This document shows, in pieces, positions 39,560 through 51,721 of a stretch of DNA of 64,000 bases (position 1 is its first letter; each line of letters starts with the position of its first letter). The notes under the pieces were generated by a model. The model did not search any database, had not been told where the DNA came from, and saw only the letters and a program-made list of their open reading frames with translations. This DNA comes from Ptychomitrium polyphyllum. Lineage: Eukaryota. The stretch covers positions 9,672,001 to 9,736,000 of the forward strand of contig OZ316776.1 of NCBI GenBank assembly GCA_973851085.1. The letters are read 5' to 3'. Made by a program: the position numbers and the translations under genes.

Positions 39560-40700
39560 TACTTCGGAAAATGGACGAGGGACCCAAGATCATGGATTCA
39601 GTCTTGAGTAATTATGAGGAATCATCTAACGGCTTCAAAATTTTTACAAATGTAGGCCTCTTTGAAGGAAAGGCTTGCCAACAACATAGGATTACTTATT
39701 TGACCAAGGATTCTAGACTGTGTTTGGATGATGAGCCGTAGTTGTGGCAGATTGTAGAATGGAGTTCCTACTTCCAAAGTCGTTTTCATAGACAAGTGCT
39801 AAGTATACAGCTATGGCATGACGTGCCATGAGCTTGTAATTGGTTGCCTTCCATTTTAGGTCACTTCTTTTACAAGTACTATGGAGATGGACCAAAGTTG
39901 CCAATTAGTTGAGTACCCTGCACAAACATTTCAAATCACTTGTAATCTTGTGCATGAGATGCAAGACTTGCTTCGAAGGATAGGAAGGACCTCGATTGTG
40001 GGAAAATTGGATCAATTGCTGATCAATTACCTTCCGCAAATCTCCCCAACACCTCTCCATCACAAGACAAACCTGTCCAAAACCCTCTCGTGTTTCAACA
40101 ACGTTGCACCATACAGAGTGCCAGGCAAGTTTACAGTTAAGGGGCCAGATACATATTTATGGAGAAATCATTCTACCACCAGATCGTGTTCCATAAACAA
40201 ATAATTAACTCCTTCAGATACAACGAGCTGATCCCTCTCAAGCGCTTACTTTCTACGCATCAGCAACTCAAAATACTGGCAGTTCCGTCTCTGCCAAGTG
40301 CTCTGACTTAGATACTATTAATTCCACTTCGCTTAATTGCACCTTAAAGGCCTCGATCTCAGACTCCTGCTTGTCCTTATCAATCATATTTTGAAAACTT
40401 GCCGAGTGGTACCACGATGGAGGAGACGGGGTTGTAAAGTATTGTTTTAAAACCACAGATTCTTGCATCTCAAGTACTGGGCCAGCGATCACCACGGTAA
40501 CTGCACACTCTGATGTTTTTGTGGAATCCAAAGATTTGATGTGCCGCTTCTGGCCATCTTCTTCCTCATCAATCACATAACCTTCGCTACTCTAGCTCGC
40601 CAGGGTGATTGCACGATCAGATTGTATCGTCACTTTGTAACCGCGTTTGGCACTGCAGTGAATGATCTTGCAAATCTAGCACACGCAGAACATCTGCACC
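39560..40700 (-). pseudogene. Possible degenerate protein-kinase gene relic
   Basis: One frame with one stop reads CLVMERCWGDLRKVID...VLHLMHKITSDLKCL...LVHLHSTCKRSDLKWKATN...NDFGS (DFG at 39781-39773). This resembles kinase subdomains V-VII in the expected order. Boundaries are approximate. Confidence 0.4.
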
Positions 40701-43004
40701 AATCAGCTAATAACGGATACGCAAGCGAAAACTCCACTACTTTTGCACTTCTTGATCTGCTCTCAAGAAAAAAAGTTCAAAGGGTTTCAGCATTCCATTT
40801 TACATAACTTTCTGTGAACAGGGTAAGGCATGTTGGACATGAGAACTCTGAGGCAAAATCTGCCTAGACCTAAATTGAACAGCTGCAAGGCGAGTGCTCC
40901 CAAGCCAAATAAAAAATAAACAATCAATTATTGCAAGGGTAACTTGCGACAGTCTCGCCTCTTTACCTAACCTTCTTCCAAACCCTTGATGTCCCTCACA
41001 AACTCTACAACGAACTGAACAGAACACTGTATCTTATTGCGGATCACAGACGGACCTTGTGAACTAGCAACTTGAAACCAACCATGACAAGTTCTCTATC
41101 AACTGTCAAAAAGAGAGTACCTATGGAGGTAGAGAAAAAAATGGTTACTTGCGAACCAGCTTGTGCTGCTTAAACACAGGCTCAAAAACGCAGCAGTGCC
41201 CGCCTCCTCCAACTCTAAGGATATCACTACAAGCCTTCCAGCTGCATATAGATTTAAGAGCCATTTTTTGATCCCTTCTTTGAAATCGGAACCATGGAGC
41301 TGGGTGGATGACAACCTTCATCTAGTGTATCATGTAAGTGTAAGGTAGATGGGCTTTGAGATGTAGTCCATCGTGCAACAGATACCTTCCTGCATGTTAA
41401 CTGCTAGAAGTCCTCTTTTTACATGTCCTTCCACGAAAAATTGTAGCTCTCTCTAGCCTGAACCATCTCCTTCTTGCACAGATGCACAGAATACAGAATA
41501 CCTGTGATACCAAAATGTGATCCTATCCATTACCTTGAATTCCTGGAGAGGCAGCCAACGACAATTCTGCAATAGTATGGAACCTAGAAGCGCTAAAGGA
41601 AATGCCCGAAACACTTCATGGCAGTTGTCCCCAACTACGCACACCAACACGACGTAATCATCTGAGAGGTTACAGGACACACTCTGCATCAAATGCTTAT
41701 CACCTACATGAGTTCCTTGACAGACAAGCTCAAGATCGATTTTCCGTTACAATTACTACTACCTCATCCAAAGGATGCTGTATTCTGGAAACGAGAATCC
41801 CAGGTCATTTGTGGACTCATACTCTACCGAGATCCCATTTTAAATTAAGTTTAAAGAAAATGATCATTATCAATGCTCATTGTCAAAGTTTAGGATTTTA
41901 AAAAAATCCGCAAAGAGATGGAAAACATCACGAAAGAGGCAGAGGGATACAAGGAGCACACGAAACCTTGAAAAGACAGGGAAGATATCTATTGTTTCTT
42001 CAAAATAAAGCCAGAAGCAATATTACTTCTTTTAATAAGTACGAGGTCCCCACTCCTTGAGGCTGACTTCGGTGGCGCTCAATACCAGAGTATCTGCGGT
42101 GCAGGCCCCTTCAAATTGCTTTCAATAGCAAGTTCCTTTCATACAGCTCATAATAATGGCTTCCAAATTCACTCCCTAATTGAGGCAATCAAGCAAATCC
42201 TACACACAACATAAAACACTCTCCTCTGAATCACTTCGTAAAACTCAATCCTGCATTAACTACCAACTCTAAAGAAACAAATCGTGATCTATAGGCACAG
42301 AGATTGATGTATCGAAGCCAATCACCTAACATGATATGCACAAGCACATTGACTAACAAGGGGCCGACGATCATACCAGGGACGCTATCAGGGACGGTAT
42401 CGACGAGCATCTATATGCCGTTTTTCACAAGCGTCAGGAGTCTATTTGACGAAAACCTTGTTCTCCTGACGTGGCAACCTTTTTTCAGTTTCAGTAGCCA
42501 AACAGCTTCCACAGACGAAGACCAGGTCAAGAGTTGGCTTCTCTGTTTTCGCATTGAGTTCTCAGTTCGACGCCCAAGCTCATTGTTTGCAGTGGAGTTT
42601 GTGAAGTGGAGTGACGATCGCTTCGGAATCTGGAGCTATGATGTTGACTTGAGATTGAAGTGCTCATTTCATAAGAATGAACGAAGAGGTGAAGTGGGGG
42701 AGAGGCGGAGCGTCGGAGAGGGCTGGTTCTGACAACTTGAGGACAAACGCTGCAAGGGCGCCGTTCGACCGATGATGCGCTTTAATGAGTACAAGCTGCT
42801 GGAGCGAACATCTAGAGCGGCGGCACATGGTGGATAGGCGGCATCTGTGGACGCGTCTTTGGTTTACCGAAGTTCATCACTGGCAAAGTTGCTAATGACA
42901 GTGCCATGATTCTCCGCTTTCTTTTCACCTACGAGACTCTGAATCATTCTTCGTTCTACCTCGGGCCGTAGAGCCTGCTTTTTCCCGCTCTAGTGTGAAG
43001 AGAT

Positions 43005-43262
43005 TTACAACGTGCCGAGACGCCGCAGAGTGTCAAGATAATCTGCTTGGGTCAGATTTGGTAGCCAGATTCCGGGTGCAATTTCTACTTCAGTGGGCGC
43101 TACGTCTGGTGCAAGGTCTGGTGGTGCAGGCGCAGGCGCGGGATCATAGTCTTCGGGTGGAGCCGGTGCAGGAGCTTGAGCTGTGGCAGGGTTTGGGTCT
43201 TCGAGCTGCGCTGGGTCAGTAGGATCCTCGGCTGCATTTGCTGAGCCGTTCACGTTAGCCAT
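43005..43262 (-). CDS. Small Pro/Ala/Asp-rich ORF (85 aa), possibly a truncated gene start
   Basis: ATG start, PAPAPAPP repeats and a non-repetitive tail EIAPGIWLPNLTQADYLDTLRRLG. No family recognised. Confidence 0.4.
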   Translation of the reverse strand: MANVNGSANAAEDPTDPAQLEDPNPATAQAPAPAPPEDYDPAPAPAPPDLAPDVAPTEVEIAPGIWLPNLTQADYLDTLRRLGTL

Positions 43263-45099
43263 GATAGACTGAGAGCTTCACAGCCTGATGTTAAGCATTA
43301 GTCTGTCAACTCCTTTACTGGATTGGCAATGATGCAGAATTTGACGGGTTGCCCCTCTCAGTCCATCATTCCTAACGCTTACTGCTCAGCATCATTGTGA
43401 GCGTAGGTGTGTTATAGGGAGCTCTTCAATACGGTAAGAATCTCTGGCAATTCAATTGAGTGAATACTGCACAGCAAGTTTGAGGATAAAAGAAGAAACT
43501 TTAGTGTCAATCCTCGTAGAAAATGACATGGTATACGGTTACATCAAGTCGTCATTGAAGTAGATAGTGCCGTTACATGCTTTCGATTTACATGCTATCA
43601 GTGTGGCGTCTCTATCAATATCAAGTGCTATGCAGAAACTCATTTCACAAATCCTATGTCAAGGTCTCAGGAGACAATCATAACTCCAGTAGGTGCTACC
43701 AGAATGACTCTCACGGAGCGGAAGATGCAGGCAGATCAAATAAACTGTCCGACAAAATCTTCAGTGAACATCGAGACCGCCATGAACCAGTGTACATCGA
43801 GACCACTAAGAACTATCACCTAGTAGAGTCAGAATCACACTTGTACAGCACTTTCTTCCTTGGATTTTGCTCCACGATCAGTCGACTTACATTTACTTCG
43901 TGTGGATATCTATAAGAATCCACGTGCTTGCTGCAGAGCCTTTGAGCAAAGTTCCGGGACTACATACCATCTGCCGCCCGCCCTAACCCATTCACCACGC
44001 TCACGCTCAACACCTGGCCTGGGCCCGTACCCTACCGCCGTCCGGAGCCGCTCCTGACCCTCCTAGCCGTTAGACCCTTCCCAGCCCTCCATTTCCCGGC
44101 ACAACTCTCTCCAGAAGTATCCACCGACGATTTTTCCCCAACCGCCTTTTCGCTACCGGCTTCCCTGTTGTCTTCCTCGCGACCCCCTCCTCTGCCATCC
44201 CTCGTATCCTGGTTCCCGCATTCGAAAACGGACGGCCACGATTGCTTATGGCAATCGTTGGACTCTCCTAGCCCGACCTGATAGTGAAGCCTCAGCTGGC
44301 TGGAGGTCCAGGTAGCGACGCGTGGCTCGCGGAAATCTTTGGAGTTGCGGATGAGCATTTCGCGGTGTAAACCAATGGTTCCGGATGTCCTAGTTGTGAC
44401 AGGATTTCCTAATACGGGAATTTGCCGGGTGCCGCTTAAATTGAATTGCCACGGCCAGGCCAAGCCCATCCTCGAAGATTCCGCAGCCATTTCGGTGTGA
44501 ACTCTGGTGCACTATTATCACGGTACTGTTCCCACACGATCCAGGAAATTCAAAAATAGCAGCGAATATGCCTATGTCAGAGTTCTACTTGAAGCACTAA
44601 TGAGGAGCTGTGTAGCACTTTGGCCACGCCTTTGGGAAAAGGGTGAGCAATTGAGCCATGTCACTTTGTCTGTACAGACTCTACAATAGAAGCAACTTGT
44701 CTGTACTTGGTGAAAATCGGCAGTATGCTTGTACGGGATATGACCCCTCTGTACGTATTAAAGTATTCCGAATTCAAGGAGCTGAAGCTAAATATGTCTG
44801 TTCAAAGTATTCTTGTCTGTAAAGACTTGTAGGCGGCCATGGTGGTAGCAGTCAAAAAGGATCTAGACAACTAAGATCCTCATAAACTGGTGCAACTGTA
44901 AGTTTTTTGTCAAGTGCATCGAAAGTAAATTCACCTTGCAGACTTATCCGGGCTCAGTAAATGGCAATGGAGTTTGAGCACTGTAACTATACACGATTTT
45001 AAAAATACTGGAAGCTCTAAGAAACTTGCCCAAGCACCCATGCTCATTGACAAGAAGGTGAACTGAAGGTGCTTCAAGCCAAAGAATTAAAGTACCTAG

Positions 45100-46159
45100 T
45101 AAGACGACATCCGCGACAGGATGGGATTCCCTACCGTATGATTTGCAACAAGTTGTCCTCAGTAGATTAAGATTTGAGGACCTATTCCGTTCCAAAAGAG
45201 TGTCAAAATCTTGGGTGAAACTCATAGACGACGAAGACTTTGGTAAGTTGCGCGACGCAAGCCCTGAATCTGTACACGGCTCGTTTACTGCGATCAATTA
45301 CTATATCAAGAACAAGGCATGGCAATGTACTGGATTCGATTTGCATTCGAGGACGTGGAGGTCTCTGCCAACGTTTTCGCTGACGCTTCCGGCTCCGGAT
45401 GCCGAGAACTTCAAGGAATACTCCGTTTCTAGCCATCACGGCCTGGTGTGTGCCGATGTTGCGAAAGCGCCCAAGAAGGGCGAGCTGGTCGTTTTCAACC
45501 CCTTGACCAGGAAGACGTTCTCGCTGCCGTCCCTTCCGAATCCCAGAAGCCCGGTTCTCGTCCACATCTCGGTCGATCCCACGACGAAGTCTTACGCGGT
45601 CATAGTTGCCGGGAGTTCGAGTGCGGGTGACGAGCATCTGTCGAAGAAGGTGGAAGTCTTCCATTCGACGACGTCGCAGTGGGAAGAAGCCCCTGACGTA
45701 CCCGGGCCGGCGTTCGGCCTCAACGAGCACCAGGGCGGTGTATGCGTGGACGGAGCACTGTACTTCATCGCATTTCTGGAGGGCGGCTGCGGCAGGGGCG
45801 TCGTGGCATTTGACGTGGGGAACAAGAGATGGTTGGACAACAAGGCCTGCCCAATCCCATTCTCCACGTTCTCGAACACCCTCCAACTGGTTGAGACCGG
45901 CGGCGAGGTGTACCTCTTCTCCGAGCAAGAGCGAGGCGGATCCGTGGAGCATTGCATCGACATACTGGAGACCCCGCGCCCCGGTGCAGGCGCACCGGAG
46001 AGGCGCCGCTGGAGGAACGTGCTTCGAGTGAAGAAACCGGGAGGGCGAGGACTCCAAGTGTACCCTGAGCACACCTGTGTGCCATTTGGGGAAGGGAGGC
46101 TGTGCGTCTTCAACACTCTCACCTGTGACGGCGTAGTGTATGGAAGGAAAGGAGATTAA
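45100..46159 (+). pseudogene. Truncated duplicate of the F-box/kelch coding region of the 36343-38843 gene
   Basis: 45100-46142 matches 37511-38553 at constant offset 7589, and overlapping ORF translations are identical in several frames. There is an in-frame TGA at 45059 upstream, no ATG before the F-box, and a stop at 46159 before the conserved FFSLNP motif. Confidence 0.85.
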
Positions 46160-47305
46160 GATAGAGAAGTTACTGCACTTGGAGGTATCTTTACTGCACC
46201 TGCGTATAGTTGTGACCTCCCTTGATATAGGGTGCGGCATCAGATTATAAATGTACAGAAGCTTCAAGTTCTCCTATCAGCACAACTCGCAGCAAAGCAA
46301 AAATTAGTAGGTGCACGTATGATTTTGACATACATATATTTTACAGATAGTTTACGTGTTCTTATCAAGTTTGGCACGAAGCTGAAGATGTGTCAGGTGT
46401 TTACGTGTCAGTTAGTTTCGTAAGTGGCAATTCAAGACATAGGTTAGTGAAGCCTACCGTCACGACATCTTCTGTACATCATTTTACCGATTGATTGTGG
46501 TCATCAATTTGACCATATTCAAGAATTCCGACTATCCTGTGTTACGAGTTATCTATTGTCGAAGTTAAGCTTATTATAGCCACATGCCACCAGGCAGTCG
46601 GAGGCTATTGGGCAATCATTTATTTACATGCAGAACTGCGGATGGAAGGCGTCCAAGATCAAAGTTAATATGGAGAATTCTGGTAGCCTTTAGCGGTTAA
46701 ACACCGGACATGTGTGAATAGGGCTTAGCCACCAAATTATTATTATCTTTTTCTTAGAAGATAGGTTTGCATGACTTTTGGGACACGTGGATGAAGTATT
46801 GCAATACAGACATTGACGAAAAGATGACGCAAGTGAATCTACATCATTGTCTGTACAAGCTGGGCATATAAAGTACGTCTTTTGTCTGTGAATTCCAGTC
46901 TGCTATCTTCTGTTTTTTCCGAGAGTCTCGTTGTGATCATGTGTGCTGTAAGAGCTCCTGTAAACCTCTACCATCTCCGTAGTCCCGTTCCATTTCCTCA
47001 GGTTCAAGTAGTAATCTTTGTCTACCTTCAGCTGATTCTAGTTCTGCGCATCCTAGAATCTGTTTCGTTCTGGTCAGGACAAGAAACATCTCAGAGAACT
47101 GTAAGTTTCCTTATGCTCCCATAAGTGGAAACTTCATTGCAGCAGAGAAAATCCCCTTCTCTTCTATCATTGTTGCCCGTGGCTACATGTGGGTCGCCCT
47201 GGAACCCGAGCAGACAAAGTTGGAGCTTGAGCAATCAGAGCAGCAAAACCGACGGGGACCAGTTTGGCATCGTCAGCACCAGCCCTGGTATGATAAGCGC
47301 CTCTT

Positions 47306-48714
47306 ATGACAGCCATGGATGCTTTGACCTCACCTCCACAGTTGACAAGGTCAGGGAGTTTTGGCCACAGGTTCAAGTTAATGGAGAGGGACAAACTATA
47401 CAGGGCATGCAAGGGGCGAGTGCCAACAGTATCATATGCTATTTCGTCGTATTTTTCAGTTTGTTTCTGTTTTCTCTGTCAGCACGATCTGTCAGGGAGC
47501 AAACAGAAACGAAAGGAAGTTCTACTGCTGAAGGCATCCAAAGTCCAGATTTCAGGACTAGTCAGTGGGACCGCCTGCCAGATGACATTCAGGAACATGT
47601 GATTGGAAGACTTCCATATGAGAACGTGTATCGACTCAAAACTGTATCAAAGCAGTTCAAAGAATGTATTAATTGCATTTCATTTCTTTCTTCACATGCT
47701 GAACCCAACTTTGAGCATGCTACAATATTGACTGCTCCATTTTTCTTCATCAATGACGGAGTCTGGCAGTGCGCCGGATACGACCCATCTTTGCAGAAGT
47801 GGAGACGCCTTCCGCCCCTCAAATACCTTCCTGTCTATTGCAAACCAGATCTTGATCTATTTAAGGAGTATAATGTGTGCACAGACGATGGAATAGTATG
47901 CATGAACGTATCCAAATCAACTGAGGATAAGTTGATAGTTTTCAATGTCCTCACTGGGAAGTGGAAAGAGCTCCCGCCACTCAATCATCGCCGGAATCCT
48001 GTACTAATGCACATAATAGTGGATGCATCGACACAATCATACCAGGTTGTTGTTGCAGGAAGTTCAAGGTCAGGTGATGAGTGTCTCTCCCGAGTGACTG
48101 AAGTGTTCGATTCTCGCACATGGAAGTGGAAACGAACTGATGACTTGCCAGGGCCAGACTATGCACTCAATGAGTATCAATCAGGTGTCTACATGGATGG
48201 CAACGTGTGCTGTATTGCGTTTCTGGATCAAGGAGCAGGTCGAGGCATTTTGCGGTACAATCTGGACAAAGGAACATGGTTGAAGAACTGGACATATCCC
48301 ATACCTTTTTCTACAAACTCTACTATTCTTCAGTTAGTGGAATGCTGGGGAAAAGTATACCTTTTTTCGGAGCAAGAGAATGATTTAAGGATTGAACATT
48401 GTGTTGATAGACTCGAATGGGACAATAGCCAGGACAATGAAGGATCCTGGAGTTTGAACAATGTTGTGAGGAATAATAAGATAGGAGGTAGAAGCCTTGA
48501 GATCTATCCTGAATATACATGCGTACCGTATAGTGCGCAGCAGGTGTGTGTGTTCAATACAATTGAGCACACCGGGGTGGTTTATGATGTTTGTAATCGT
48601 GGACAGTCGGAAGTTCTACAAGCGCCACCTCGCAAAGGTTTTGCTGGAAACTTTTTCTTTAGCTTGAATCCGATGGCGTTCATCATAAAACCTAGTTTTA
48701 GAAGCAAGATATAG
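47306..48714 (+). CDS. F-box/kelch-like protein, diverged paralog; start codon uncertain
   Basis: F-box WDRLPDDIQEHVIGRLPYENVYRLKTVSKQF. Motifs shared with the first gene include FKEY, RNPVLMHI, VVVAGSS, LNE.Q.GV, PIPFST, VYLFSEQE, EHC.D, YPE.TCVP and FFSLNP. The open frame spans 47125-48714. Confidence 0.88.
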
Positions 48715-51138
48715 AAAAGTGAAGTGAGGAAAAGTCTTACAGATTGTTCTAATGGATGAATCTGAATATGAAGGTCAGAGTTGTCTTTAGTTTTTACAAG
48801 CTGAGGTCAAATGATTGAAAAAAAATATTGAATGTTTAAGTTATTGTTTAAAGATAAAGAATTTTGAAATGCAAGTGTTTTAATTCCAAGTTCTTTTTAA
48901 AATAGAGGTATAACTAATAATAAGTTGTTAATTTCTTGAATGTAGTAACATATGTTAAATTGATAAAGTGTAGTACTTTCTTTGTGAGTCAAATTAATAA
49001 TAGGATTCCTTGATTTATGATATATTTAAGTTTAAACAAGAATTATCTTGGTAGTTTTTTTATTACAAAGCAAACTTATTTTTTGTGTTTTCTTACTTAT
49101 TTCTTTATTCTTTTTCAATCCTAAGATTTTAGTACTTAAAAATAATAAGTTACATAGAAACTTGATTTAATACATTAGTTCTTTTATATAATCAAATAAT
49201 ATTCCCTAATTATTTATGAAATTACAAAAATATTTGTTAAAATCATATATCTAGAGAAAATGTTTCCTTAAACATCATTACTCATCATACATATATCAAT
49301 TTGTGTATTTTGAAAGGTAAGTTAAAAGTTTTTCTTTATTGTGAAATTGATTATTCTTTAAATAAATTTATAAATATCTAAGCTTACTTATACACAATTC
49401 ACTATAAATCATGTATTCTAGCGCACTTAATTACACTTTCATTATTCATGAATTCACTTCAATTTTCTTGCCAAATTTTTTGAATTCTTTAATCAACTTT
49501 TAATGTATTGATAGTATTTTTTGAATTATTAGTTATTTTACCATTTCTTTTAATTAGTTTAAACAACAACTTGTAATTAATGCACGCTTTGTAAATGGCT
49601 TATTTCAACATTAAATAAATCAAAGTATATGATCAATATTAAAGATTATAAAAGATATAACTATCTTTAATATCTTTAAATTTTTTAATTTCATTTTGTA
49701 AATTTATATTCTTTTATCTTCATAACTTTCTAAATATGTTAGACTTTCATTCATATTTGACCTTTTCTTTTATATTACGTTCAAAATTAAAAATTTCAAT
49801 TTGAAGAATTAAATTTTATACTATATAAAATCAAAAAATTCAAATTCAAATTCAATTTATTTTAAAAGGCAAAGAATGAAAAAATGTGGTGGCATCAAAA
49901 TTTCAAATGTGGATTTTGTATAAGATAAGAAAAAAAATTATGGTCAGAAATTTTTTAAAAAATGTTTATCAAAGTTTTTTTAATTATGAACATTTAAATT
50001 TTGTTATATTTTCCATAATACCAAGTCCTTATTATAAGATCCTTGAGCTAATACATTTATAAGAGAAAATGCATCAACATATAAATACTTATTTAATTTT
50101 TTTTGAAGCTTTAAATTTTGATATATGCAAATTTGCTAAATTTATAAAAAGATCTTTGATATAATGAACAAATAGATAAAACTTTTGATTTGACAACAAC
50201 AACATAATGCAATCCATAATAACCCTTATATTATTGATTCTTATTTATAAATACTTTATCTTTACAAATATAAAAAAATCCATGTACCTCACAAACAACA
50301 TTTAATCACTTAAAAGATAGCAAAATGTTAGGATTTAAAATTATGCTAGATGGCACAAAATTAGTGGTTCCAAAACCATTAGAGCATTAAAACCTTATGT
50401 TTCATATTCATAAGAATTTTGAACAATTTGGCATTTGAAAAACTTGTAATTAACTTCAACGTCACTATTGATAGTAGAAGATACAATTAATTATGTATAA
50501 ATGTAAGTTGTATAATTGAATTAGTCCCTCTTTCAATACATCCATGTAAAAATTGCAATCTTTATTAATTTTAAAACTTAGATATAAATAGAACGTGGAC
50601 TTTATAAATCCACTACCTATCAATAAGAAGGAAAATTGATTGTAAGCAATGAGTTTTTATTACAATATTTGGAAAATTTTATAAGACATTTAAGCCGAAA
50701 TTAATTTAAAAATACATATAATAACTTCAAAAATATTTCCTAGCACATGTATATAGGCTATAAATTATAAGAGCAATAACATAAAGAAGGTAATAAAAAC
50801 TTGTGATTGATTATGAGATCATTTTATAATTAGAAATATTAGCAATAAGTTGAAGAAACAAGAGAGATTATCACAAATGTTGTCATTATAAGATATTATT
50901 GTAAGAATTTACAAACAACATATTTCTATTATACAAGTTCAAAAAACACATAATATCAAGTGTAATGTATAATATTCAATATTAGCAAATTGACTTTAAA
51001 AAATCTCATTTTTTTTCTTTTGTGTTATCATCATCAAATATTAGAATTCTATAATTAAAGCCTATCCTTGGAGTTTTGAAACTTACTTATAATAATTACC
51101 TTAGAATACTATATTTAAAAAATTCTTTGGAAGAATAT

Positions 51139-51721
51139 TGTCACGGACATAGATCATGCAACATAGTCCTTAGAACATTCTAGAACCTTCTAGTATACTA
51201 TAATAGCTTTTTAGAATACTTTTAGATGTCTCTATAGCCTTTCCAAGTGCTTAGGAAGCTTTCTAGGAAAGTTCCTCCATCTTAGAAAACTTCCTAGGAA
51301 GATTCTATTATCTTATGTAATTTCCTAGAAAACTTCCTAGGAAGGTTCCATCATCTTAGGAAACTTCCTAGGAAGGTTCTACTTCTTTAGGAAACTTCCA
51401 AGGAAGGTTCCAACTCCTTGGAAGCTTCTTAAGAAGGTTCCAACATCTTAAGAAACTTCTTGGGAAGGTTCCCTAGACTTCCAGAACATTCTTAAGCCTT
51501 GTAGGAAGCTTCTTTAGAAGTATCCTAGGAGATACAAACGTCATAGTATAAATAGGAGGCAAGATAAGGTATTCCTTAGTCTTGCCAACACAAGTTGTGG
51601 ATCATCTTGAATCCTGCCTTGTTCTAGTCTTTGTATCAATTTCTTGTTAATCATTAGCTCTTTGGAAGCTAATTCTTGGGAAACACTTCGTTTCTGCTTC
51701 TCGTTTCTTGTATCCCTAACA
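51139..51721 (+). mobile_element. Solo LTR of the same chromovirus family
   Basis: tgtcacggac...ccctaaca (583 bp) with perfect TSD AATAT (51134-51138, 51722-51726), colinear with the other LTRs. Confidence 0.95.

Noticed and set aside
43981..43989. ccctaaccc as a possible telomerase RNA template or telomeric seed
   Set aside because: A single short match, not the plant CCCTAAA repeat, with no convincing USE/TATA Pol III promoter upstream.
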